NCBI GenBank assembly: GCA_038087875.1
Contig: CM075998.1
Location: forward strand, 186,001-250,000
DNA: 64,000 nucleotides
From: Malacoraja senta
Lineage: Eukaryota
Reading direction: 5' to 3'
Shown here: positions 46,101-58,100 of the stretch, one piece after another
Numbering within the stretch: the first letter of the stretch is position 1
Layout of the letters: each line of letters starts with the position of its first letter
The notes under the pieces: model-generated
The model's input: the letters and a program-made list of their open reading frames with translations, nothing else
The model's database searches: none
Told to the model about the DNA's origin: nothing
Position numbers and translations under genes: made by a program

Positions 46101-49100
46101 AAGTCACCATTATAACACCAGCCTTGTTTTGCACAGCTAGCTCCCACAAACAGCAATGTGACAAAAACCAGGTCCTGGGTTTTGTAATGTATTGGTCCTA
46201 GGATATCTACAACCTCTTTCTGTAGGAATTGTGTGGTTGTTTCAGTCGGGGTCTGAGTTTAATGTTTCATTCAGAAGATGGTACTTTCAACACCGGGAGC
46301 CTCAGCCTAGAATCTGGGAACGGTTCCCTGGAGTGGGACAGCTGTCAGACTCTGAGGTGAGAGATGTATCGGGCTCACTAGCAAGGGAAGCGCTAAAGAG
46401 AGCCTGAGCCGTTTCCTGGAACCCCAGGGGTGTGAGTGAAATTTTAAAAAGCAATGACTCATCACAACGTCCCAACTTTTGCATGTCTTCATCACTCACT
46501 GAGGGAGCAAGTTCCACATTCCCGCTACTCTCAAGGGAAAGGAATTTTTCCCAATTTCCCATCAGATTTCTTGGGGGCTGTCTATATTTACGATCCTTAT
46601 TCTACAGTCCCTACAATTGGAAACATCTCCAACCCAAAAGCCTGCAGAATCTTAATTACCATTATCTTGCCACCCCTTAGCTTTGTTCTTCCTCAAGAAA
46701 ATTGCCCCATCTGTTCAGGACATCACAGTATAACACAACACACGTGTTCAACGTGACTTTACAGAGCATGGATACCAACTGGGACCTGTTTGGCCACATT
46801 GCCCATGTGCTGTAAAACTATGGTAGACAAAAATGCTGGAGAAACTCAGCGGGTGAGGCAGCATCTATGGAGCGAAGGAATAGGTGACGTTTCGGGTCGA
46901 AACCCTTCTTCAGACGTAAAACTATGTTCCTCCTTGCCGTGTTGGCCCCCATCTTAATTCCCATGAGATGCATTGTAATCATGCACAGCTTCCCTGTCCT
47001 CAAGGTGGGACCGTTTTTATAGGAAGAATTGTAATGTAAACTTACCTCAAAAATCTCAAATCCGTAAATATCCAACACTCCCATCACCTTCTTCTGTACT
47101 TTGCCTTTAACCTTGAACAAGTGCAAGTTGTGTTAAACAGGTTTGCTATAAACGTGTTTAAGAGACATCCTATTAGGCTCTTCTGTTATGTTCAGATGTC
47201 CAGCACCTAGACTTGTCCCCTCCTCTCCCAAAGACACCACCTTGCACTGGAGCAAGGTTCCACAGGCACCAACACCAATCCCATACCCAGCAAAGAAAGT
47301 GTGACGCTAGACAATGAAGTGACAGTCTATAACTGTGAGAGGCATCACAGCCAGATAACAAGCTCAATTAAAGAAGAACATGGATAGGTGACATTTTGGT
47401 TCAGGACCCTTCTTCAGACTCTGGAGATGGGTCCTGACCCCAAATGTTGTCTATCCATGTTCTCCTGCAATGCAGCTTGACCTGCTAAGTTACCCCAACA
47501 CTTTGTATCTTCTTTTGTAAACCAGCATCTGCAGTTTCTGTTTTCTACATCTCAATTAAAGTCTGTGTACAAACGGGCTCTCCAGTTTGGTGTTGGGGTG
47601 GGAGGAGGTTGGTTTCATTGAAAATCCACCAGGCGTGATCAATTCTTCCCGAACCCCACTTGCTGAGGTCAATAATCACTACTTGGTGGTTCCTCCAGTT
47701 TATATTGCCCAGTAACAGAGTGGGCTATGCATGAATTCTTTGAACCAATTCAAGAGCCTGCCATAGCCAATTTATTTCCTTCATTCATTGTTACAGATCC
47801 CGATATCTGGAATAATTTTGCTCTATTTTCCCAACTTTGTTCCATCTATTTTCTCTATAATATGCCAGCAGCTTAAGGGAACTATACCATTGAATCTAGT
47901 GGTGTAGTAACAAAGACATTTGAAATATTTGATTCCCAATATCATTCCTGAAGAATGCCCTCTGTGCTGGATTACCTGAATGCTTTCGTTGATTCGGTTC
48001 ACCAACCAGTTGAACAGGCGGTTATAGAGGTTTTTTGCCAAAGCGTCACGTGCATAGAAACCCTGTGTGAAGAAATGACACCTGCATTGTTACATTGCTG
48101 TGTGTTATTTATTGTATCACCATGAGGGTCTGAGAAGTAGCTCAATAACTGTGGATACGTCAAAAGAAATTCCTATGGATAGCTTTGAAATGTACATGGT
48201 TGGGTGAGGCAGGGTGGGGGAAAGCATAAAATAGGTTAGAGACAGGTGTTTCACCTTCAAACTTTGGTTTTAACCATTATGCAGAGGAGTGGGGTGAACC
48301 TCTGTAAAGAGTCTAAAAGAAATGAGCTTAAAGTTGTTTCAGATCAGTTCAATCCATTACAACAAAATCCATGATCTACAACCCAGTCCCAACCATTTAT
48401 TGCTTTAGATGATTGGCACGTGTACAGTGAAAAGCTTTTGTTGCAGAACATACTCTCCATCCAGGTATCAAATACTCGATGTACGATTCACTCTCGTATT
48501 TATTACCTCTACAATTATTCACAGTTATTACTGACGATCTAATACTGTACACAAATCACTCCTGGGTGAAAGATAACTCTTAACTGAATCATCCTACCAC
48601 AACAAGGGACCCTCGGACTATCCTTGATCAGACTTTGCTGGCTTTATCTAAACATTATTCCCGTATCATGTATCTGTATACCATAAATGGCTCGATTGTA
48701 ATCATGTATTGTCTTTCTCCTGACTGGACAGCACGCAATAAAAGCTTTTCACTGTACCTCGATACACGTGACAATAAACTGAACAAACAACTTACCCCCA
48801 GGTATCAGTTGCTCACTGTATATCTCCATTCGTCAGTCACTCTACATCTTTAAAAGCTTTTATACTTTACCTGAGCAGCAGTTAATGTCGTCTTCACTTT
48901 CTCCCACTTGGCTTGTACAGTGCGAGTGCACAGTGCTTGTTCTAGAATAGACTCATCAAGGCCAATCAAACTGCAGACTTCTCTCAGTCCTGGAGAGGAC
49001 AAGAGAAACACAGTTCATACCCCAGTGTTTGAACCCAGTATTATTCTGGTGAATTATTCCCTAAAAAACACCGAGTCATCTTTCCTGAACCAAGTGCAGA

Positions 49101-52100
49101 GAACTGAACATAGTGCTCGAGATGCCATTTTAACAGAGCTCTACACACCCACAGTATAATTGCCACCCACTTATATTCCAGGCTGTTTGAGATAAAGTAT
49201 ATTCTCTTTATTACATTTTGTAGTTGTCATCTGGGTTTGAAACCAAAGTTTCCAAATGAAATTTGAATCACTCTGCTACTTGTTTAGTTCACTTGGAGAA
49301 TACTTACCTTTGCTACCATGGATGTAGCAATGATCTGTCCCGCTTGACTGAGGTTCCGACTTCAGCGTGATGTTGCAGAGTTTAAGTACGACAGCCACAG
49401 TCTCCCATATAGAGTCCATTTCAGACTTGTCGAATCCAATGATGTTCATTGCAGTCTGTAATACAACCAATGCAGTAAATATGGATGAACTCTTTTCTCT
49501 AATGTTAGGATGTTTGGAGTATGGTCCTGACACCGAGGTAAAATTACTCAATTAGCAAACTCGAGGCCTGGACTATCAATCCAGAGGTCCAAGTTCCAAT
49601 CCAACCATGGCAAATGTGGAATTTATTTTAAGTTCCTATGCAGGAACTTAAAAGGAAAAGTTAAAAACCAATCTGGTTCATTGAGACTATTATATAGGCC
49701 ATATAGGCCAGACTTGGTCCAAACCTGCGGCAATGTGGCTGACTCAAACACTCCTTGAGATGGTTTACCAGACACAATACCCTTCCAACCTGGGTCTTCA
49801 ATCTGACACAATAACTCTGTTTCTCTTCCCACAGATGGCGCCCTTATTTGCTAAATGTTTCCAGTATCTTCTACTTGTATACTTTAGATTTCCAGCATCT
49901 GTCATTATTTTTGAGCTGTGCAACCTCTCAGCTGTGTCATGCTGCAGCAACTTAGGCATCAAATGTAGACCCTGTAATGACGCTCCAGCCCAGGCAACTT
50001 CGCAGGTCCTCCTCACAAACCTCCGAGAACCAGTATCTAAACCAGGAAAGCTGGCATGGGCACAGAGTGAACTCTGGATGGAAGCCATTATCAAGAGTGG
50101 CTTGGTAGCACAAAATGGCCGAGCCCCGAAGGACATGCCCTTCAGATTTGGTCTGTGGCAGGTACTGGTTGAAGCCACATGAAGGATAAGTCTATTGGAG
50201 TTGGCTCATCAGTCTACTGCGGCAGATGCACCTGTCCATAATGATACCATAGCAAAGAGAGCCTTAGTAAAACTGGTCAATTGTCATCAAAGGGAAAATA
50301 CTCCAATGGTTGCAATCAAGGTAGGTTGTGGCTATTGGAGGTCATCCAAATCTGGTTGAGATGATTGATCAATCCAGATTTAAGATTGTGCATCAGACCA
50401 CTCTTTTTTTATTGTGTTTTTTATTATCCAAACAATATACATTCACATATATCATGAAGCTATTGTACAAATGGTATTTACATTCACAAAGAATATACAA
50501 AGAATTTGCAATCAAAGTGCACCTTTTGCGTCCAGGGAGCAGCTGAAAATGCCTCAGAGCCAGTTTTGTCATTTTAATCTGCATTTGCTGCATTTATGCA
50601 AAAAGCCGCAGCTAATTTGCGCAGAGCAAGTTTCCACACACACCTCAGTAGTTAAAGACTGGACGTTTATGGCCAAAACTTCTGCATTATTGATCATTAT
50701 TTCCCTCAGAGCACAGAAAGGTCTCGACCCGAAACGGCACCCATTCCTTCTCTCCAAAAATGCTGCCTGTCCCGCTGAGTTGCTCCAGCATCTTGTGTCT
50801 GTCTGTGCATCTAGACCAGGCGATTTGTTACGTTCAGGCTAGCTTTCTACTTATTCTCCTTTATCAAATATTTAGTCTGTCTCAATTAGCTCCCATCTTA
50901 CTATGATTTTGACTCCATCTTCTTCCCTGGTAAAGCCAGATGGAACATGGAAAAATCCAAAGGAATATCAGTTGTCAACGTCCAAGGCCAGTAAGAATAT
51001 TACCCACCCTGCTCACTCAATGTCATTGCAACAAATAAGCAACAATAATTGACAGAATTATAGGTACAAATAGGAAATCTTAGTAATCTTTGCTAAGAAC
51101 AGGAGTCTGAAGTCCAATTTCATAGCTAGACATCTGCTCCTGGTCCACACATCATGTGTATGGTCTGGGTACTCCTCAAACAATCTGGCAAACCTGTGTA
51201 TCGTCTGTATATGGTGTGCAGACCTTACATACAATCCAAAGATCCCAGGTATATTAAATCCATTGTTCCCCTTCTAAACACTTACTTTCACCGTGTCGAA
51301 GTTGGCAGCATCGTCGACTCCATTCAGGTGGGTTTTGTCCGAGGTCAGGTAACCGTATTGATTGTAGTCCCTCAGCACATTAAGATGCTCTGTGGAGGGA
51401 AGGTGTAGTGAATGACTCCCTCTGCAACTATTGTGGTTTGTGTGAAATAGTACATTTATGAGTGGGGAAAAAAGGAAAATGTGTATTGGAACTAAAGTGC
51501 TTCATGTATGTAATGCAAAAACATAGTATGGTAATATTCAAAAATCCCCACATAGTTTGAATCTTAACTATAGAGGCACGGGAGTCATCCAGCAAACCCA
51601 ATGATTGCAGGAGTATGAGGCACGAGGCAACATTTATTTGTAGGCATCTTATTTATTGGCCACACGCTGTGGAAATCAGGTACTGGAGGGATGTGGGCAC
51701 CTGTGGAATTTGCGCTGCCCCAGGCTACAGGCATGGTGACCACACATTTCACTGTACCAATTGGTACATGTGACAAATACATGTATCTTGACTTAGTGCT
51801 TTCAGGATGGAAGGACATGACCCTGTCTCCAAATCATCTAGGAGGAGACGGCCCATCACTGAAACAGCAGAACAGGAGACAGATTAGTAACACTCACCCA
51901 GCAGCTCAGGTGAGCCCCCTGCCAACAGCTGGTAGAAGATGTGGAAATTTCTCTCCCCTTTCAGATGCTTGACAACACGAGATTTCTCCAGGAGATCTGA
52001 AACACCAAAGCCATCAAAACAAATCATGTTTGTTTTTACTCACCTTGTGCATTTGCACTGTTTAAATTCACAATATTCAAAATTAAATGAGACCCACTAG

Positions 52101-55100
52101 AGAAAGAAACCAGGAAACATTTTGACTGTCTCAGCTCATCTCTCCAGAAAGTGTTTATAGTTCTAAAGGACTGATCTCAGAGGATATGGAGATCATTTCC
52201 TACAATATTCTAACACAAAACAACCCCCCACCTCTTGGGTAGTGTTCATGAATTGCTCTACGGCTACCCCACTTGAGTCATTCCCTGTCGCCTGGTGTTC
52301 CTAGACTATCTTCATGAACATCTTTTAAATATATTTTTCCCCCTCACTTGTTATATTACTGGAATAATTAGTTTGCTGGGAGCATAGAATGAATGAATGA
52401 AACTAATGAGTGGATCATGAGTGTAAAAATAGTGATGCCATTTTATCTGGTACTGTATCAGGGGAGAACTGACCCAAGGTTAGTGAGCTAAAATTTCCCG
52501 TTGGTCTGCCCAACCAACAGCCTTAATCCTGACTGGGAAATGCGAATCCCCACTTTGTGAGTGGAAATACATTTTTCCACACCGTCTAGTTGCACACTGT
52601 CCCATAATATTGGGGGAACAAAATGAAGCCTTCTAATGTGGTCTTGTGTCTTTTTTTAAATTCCTCTGCTAATATAAGTCGCTATTAGCTGTATAAAGAA
52701 CACAGAAGCTTAGATACAAGGACCCATTTTAATTTTCACATCGCAGTCCTGTAAGAATCTTGCTTCAACAACAGTGAGGGTCCATGAACAAGAACCGTGA
52801 AATCAAGGTTACATAGATGAGATGAATTCAATTTTTTTTTAATTCCACCATTTTATAGCTCTGGTAGCAACAACAATCGGTAATCAATTCAAGGCTCAAG
52901 ATCTTAGAGTCATAGGCACTCTATTGAGAGGAGACCGCATTAAGGAGTGATATGGTCCCGATGTGAAGCTATATTTTAAATCAGTTCATGAAAATTGTAT
53001 TTTCATTTTGCAAAATCATAACTATAATTAGAAAGAATACATCAGAAATATTGTCATATATAATTTGTAAACACATTACAACAGTAGCTATACCTCAGCA
53101 AAGTACTTTAGTGGCTGCAAAGTGCTTTGTGACATTTGAAAGTTGTGAAAGGTATTATAGAAACGCAGATCTTTCCTGTTATGGAAACTAAATAGTTCTT
53201 CTTACCCTACTGGGAAATAACCAATTTTTCCACAACAGAGCCACGTCAAGGAAAGATTGGGAAGAGAGACTAATACTCAGGTTTGAGGTCCAAGAATCAA
53301 ATCGGGTGGAAATCCTAAACTAATTCCTGTTAATTATCATTGGTGGACTTTGAGAAGTCTTCCATGTACATTAATCACTGATTCAAACAACATGCCATCC
53401 AGGGTTTTCCACAATATAGATTACACATATCTATATTGAGATTAATATAGCAGTTCTGGGTATCCAATCTAACTAATTTTGTATTGCCTTGCACGTCTTT
53501 CCTCTACAAGTTTAATACCATCAGTGAGGATACAAATTGAAACTAATAGTGCCACAACATTCAGATTTTGCCACTCAAAATAAGCCTCTGTTGCTCCCTA
53601 CTCTTCAGGCAGTTCAATCTTTGACATAGAATACCTTGGATTTACGTTTAGGTTTGTTACTGTCATGTGTACTGAGGTACAGTGAAAATCTTTGTTCTGC
53701 ATGCTATCCAAACAGATCAGATCTACCAGACATGAATGCAATCAAGTCAAACTCAAGTACAATAGAAAGAGCAAATGGGAAGATACAGAGTGCAGAATAT
53801 AGTTCTCTGCATCAGTTTCATAGACAAAGTCCAATGTCCTCAATGGGGTAAAGGTGAATGGGACCTACCCTAGCACTTGGAAAGACTGTTCAGAAGCCTG
53901 ATAACAGAGGGGAAGAAGCTGTCCCCAAGTTTGGTGGTGCATGCTTTCAAGCTTCTGTATCTTCTGCCAGATGAGAGCAGGGAGTAGGAGGAATGACCTG
54001 GGTGGGACAAGTCTTTAATTATGTTGGGTACTTTTCCGAGGCAGCGTGAAAACCATCATGTTATAAGATTTTGCACTTGGGGCACGAGGTCATGCAAAAG
54101 ATAATTGGTTAGGTAGGCCTTTCTCCCACTTGAAGCTGCTTGCCAGCTTGTTGTTGGAATTTTAAGGCCACTCTTTTTCTTTCATGGGAAAATGGATGAA
54201 ATCATGCAATACAAGTGGTCTCCCAGAGTTTGAACTCTGGGATCGGATCACAGACCTCCTACGGAAACAGCAGCTAAGGGTTTTCTGCCAAAACTAAGGA
54301 TTAATGTTGAGGGAAAAAAGTGAAGGGCAAAGGGTACAGGAAGTTTGTGAGGGAAAGCCTTTTGTTTTGTGCAGGGTGGTGATGATCTGGAACTCACTGT
54401 CTGAAGCGGTGGTGGAAACAGTTCATCTGGCCTTTAAAAAGGAAGAAAACACAAAGTGCTGTTGTTGTTAAATGTTATGTTGTTTAATGGCAGACATTTT
54501 ACAGCCAACTGTTTGCTGACTATTCCCACCGGTTGCTGTTTACCAAGTCTGCTGCCAGCTGTTTGCAGACTTTGTTGTTGCTCTGCTATTTGACAACAGC
54601 TGGTATCCAGCTGTTTGCTGCCCTACCATCCATTTGTTGAGGTTTCAGCCAGCTATTTGCTGAATTGCTACCAACTACTGGCCTTTTTTTTGGCTTTGCT
54701 GCCAGATGTTTGCTATTTTGCCAACAATTTGCACAATACACTGCCAGCTATTTTCTATTTGCCAGCTCTTTGTTGCATTCCCAACAGTTTGCTGATTGTC
54801 TTGTCAGCTGATGGTTTCCTTGCTGCACATGCTGCATATATATGCTGCTGGCAATTTGCTGCATTGCCAGCTGTTTGCGGACTTTGTTGCCAGCTGCTTG
54901 CCATTGCTGACTGCTGCTTGCATGTTTATCGATGCTGCCAGCCGAATGCGGACTGTATTTTCCCAGTTGCTTGCTGGCTGCATGCTGCCAGCTTTGGTAT
55001 TTGTTGACTATTTTCTGCCAGCTCTGAGCTGACTGATGCTGCCAGTTGTTTGATATTTGATGTCTCTTTGTTGCTGTCAATAGTTTGTTGCCAGATGTTT

Positions 55101-58100
55101 CCTATTATGACCACATGCTGTCAACTGTTTGCTGAATATTACTGCCAGTTGTTTGATATCTGCTGACTGTTTGCAGCCGACTGTTTCCTCTTTGCAGTTT
55201 GTTCCCCAGCTGCTGGTTGTCTGCTTTTTCACTGCTTGTTGCCAGATGTTTGTCCATTGTCACTGTTTGGTTCCTGTTACTGGCCGACTGTTCCCAGATG
55301 ACTAGTCAACATCTTCTCTTCTCTGCTAGTTCCTGTCCCAGGTCTCTGTTCCGGAGGTAAACAGGGAGCTGAGGCAACTTGTGTAAGAAAGAACTGCAGA
55401 TGCTGGTTTAAACTGAAGATAGACACAAAATACTGGAGTAACTCAGCAGAACAGGCAGCATCTCTGGAGAGAAGGAATGGGTGACGTTTTGGGTCGAGAC
55501 CCTTCTTCAGATTGATGTCAGGGGAGTGGGCGGGACAAAGATTGAATGTAGTCGGAGACAGTAAGACTGGTGGGAGAATTGGGAAGGGGGAAGGGATGGA
55601 GAGAGAGGGAAAGCAAGGGCTATTTGAAGTTAGAGAAGTGAATGTTCATACTGCTGGGGTGTAAGTTGCCCAAGCGAAATATGAGGTGCTGTTCCTCCAA
55701 TTTGCGCTAGGCCTCACTTTGACAATGGAGGAGGCCCAGGACAGAAAGGTCAGATTGGGAATGGGAGGGGGAGTTGAAGTGCTGAGCAACCGGGAGATCA
55801 GGTAAGTTAAGATGGACTGAGTGGAGGTGTTCAGGACGCCAAATCCAGGACTATTGAGGAACGGGATGACTCCATTATCAAGACCAGCACTTACAGTTAC
55901 TGATGACTCCACCCAATGGATCGCCCTTGAAGTCAAATTCAATGTCCATGTATTTCCCCTGAACACACAGAAATTCAGTTCATGAAAAATACAAATGCAA
56001 GAAAATACTTCTTTTGTTATTGATACCCATAAAACAACCCAATGTAAATAATAGGTTCCTCTACCCTAAACCTGTCCCCCTCCAATATGCGTGGGAGGGT
56101 GCTGCATGCAGCCTAGCAGCCTGCTGTTCACCCCATCTCACTCCCCCAGCCATGACCTCTTTGTGAAGAGCAGCTATAGTCCCCATCCAGTCACCTTCTC
56201 ACAGATGCCTTGCTGGGAGATGCCATCCAGCTGCTCAGTGATGCTGGGAGACAGGCGCAAACTGGCCAAAAATTGTCCATTATACAGAGAACAAAATATG
56301 TGGCCCTTGGGTGGAACTGTAAAATACGAGACTTTAAATGTTTTATTAACCCAACTTATTCTCTCCATACCCAAAATGCATCCCTAACTGGCCTCATTCC
56401 CCTTCCCTCATATTTACACATTAGCTAACAGGGCCACAATAATACGTACAAATCTGGAGGAGTTGTCATTCCGTATGGTCTTGGCGTTCCCAAAAGCTGT
56501 GAAAAGAAAGAGGGTTCTAAGCACAATCAGGACTGGCTCCATGGGAAGAGACCAACAATAATACAAGGCAAGAAGTGACACAGCCAATAGTCTTCACTCT
56601 CCCACTGGGTCCCAGACATCGTTGATGTTACTGATTGGAGGCTGGCAGCTCTAGATTAAAGAGTTACACTGGCAAGGAAATGAGTCAATGACCAGCAGGC
56701 TGCATGTTCCATTTGCTTTCCCATATGGAATTTCAAATTGGACTATTGAAAATCAGCCACGTGGATTTGTGCAGATTGATCGTTTTATCGTCCAAGGTCT
56801 AATAGTAACAAACTGGGCATAGGCAAGGGAAGTAAAGTGCCAGACATTGATATAATGATTGACAAATGTTTTAGTCTCTACCAAAAACTAGTTACACACT
56901 ATCTTCTGTGAAGGCAGTGAGAAATGAGGAATCCTGGATTCCTCTTGCTTCTAAATCCTCTCAACCCGAGGTAGATTTACCTGGGCTTCCTGGTATCATC
57001 CATTAAATAGCGGTGAATTCCATGGCATGGAAGAAGGCAAGGGTTATCCAGCTTTGACTGGGAAGATTTATTTTCTGAGAGATTCACTTTTGGAGAAACA
57101 ATGCAGTGAAGCTGCCACAAGGTAAATGGGGCCTCCACTTCTGTGCTAACCATGCAAATGTTTTGAGTCGCTACCAAAAAACAATTTCACCCCAAGTTGG
57201 ACCCGATTTAGATTTGTAGTGTTCTCTTTAGAACTTATGGAGTCAATTTATATAAAGGTCTGATCTTCCCATTGTGCCTTGATTCATTTCACACAAGCTG
57301 GATACCAGGTTCTACCTGGGCTCTGTGTTGCGTTGTCCTTCTTTAGCTCTGACAGTTGCTGGGATGCTGCAACTAGCCACTGCACCCCCTGGGTTAGGGA
57401 AAGGGAGAAGGAAACAAAAGCAGCCAGGATCCTTGCTCCTGATGACTAACCAAGCACTCCTATAAACGGAGAGGATGTCAGGCAAAGACAGCATCAGTCT
57501 GGGGTGGGAGATTGCAACCTTCATGTGGTCTGCCCTGTTTCGACAAATGCAATCAAATAAGATCAAACAGAACAAGTTGTCCTACAACTTTAGGCTGTGC
57601 ATGCCGTACGCAAGAAGAAGAAGAAGCATCAGTCTTGGTAATCGAGCCCCTATCATAGAATACACTGTCAAGACACAAAATCAAGGCTTACATATGAAGA
57701 GAGGGTGAGGCATCACAGAATCACCCAAGTTACAACACAGGAGGCCACTTAGCCCATTATGTTCAAACTGAAAGCAGTGGAGAAAATCCATAATAAAAAT
57801 AGAAAGAACTGGGAATACTCAGGAGGTCAAACAGCATCAGAGGAGACAAAAATAGAGTTTAAAGTTGAAAGTGTTTCTCTCTCCACAGACACTGCCCGAC
57901 CTGTGGAGTATTTCCAGCATTTTCTGTTGATTTCAGATTTCTAGTTTTATAGATAGATTGCGATGGAACCCACACCCTGGTGAGATTTAGCAATGTCAGG
58001 ACAGATCATGGAAAGAACACATTTCAGTGAAGAGCTGATACATGCGGGGGTGCCTGACCTTCCAGTATGGGATTTGATTGCAGAAGCTGCTCCTTGACCT

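Noticed and set aside
54615-55114. Gln-rich and Cys/Leu-rich ORFs
   Set aside because: By-products of the low-complexity array; no splice or start context.
57095-57116. CAGTGA loop suggesting an iron-responsive element
   Set aside because: Flanking bases do not form the 5-bp upper stem with a bulged C; intronic.
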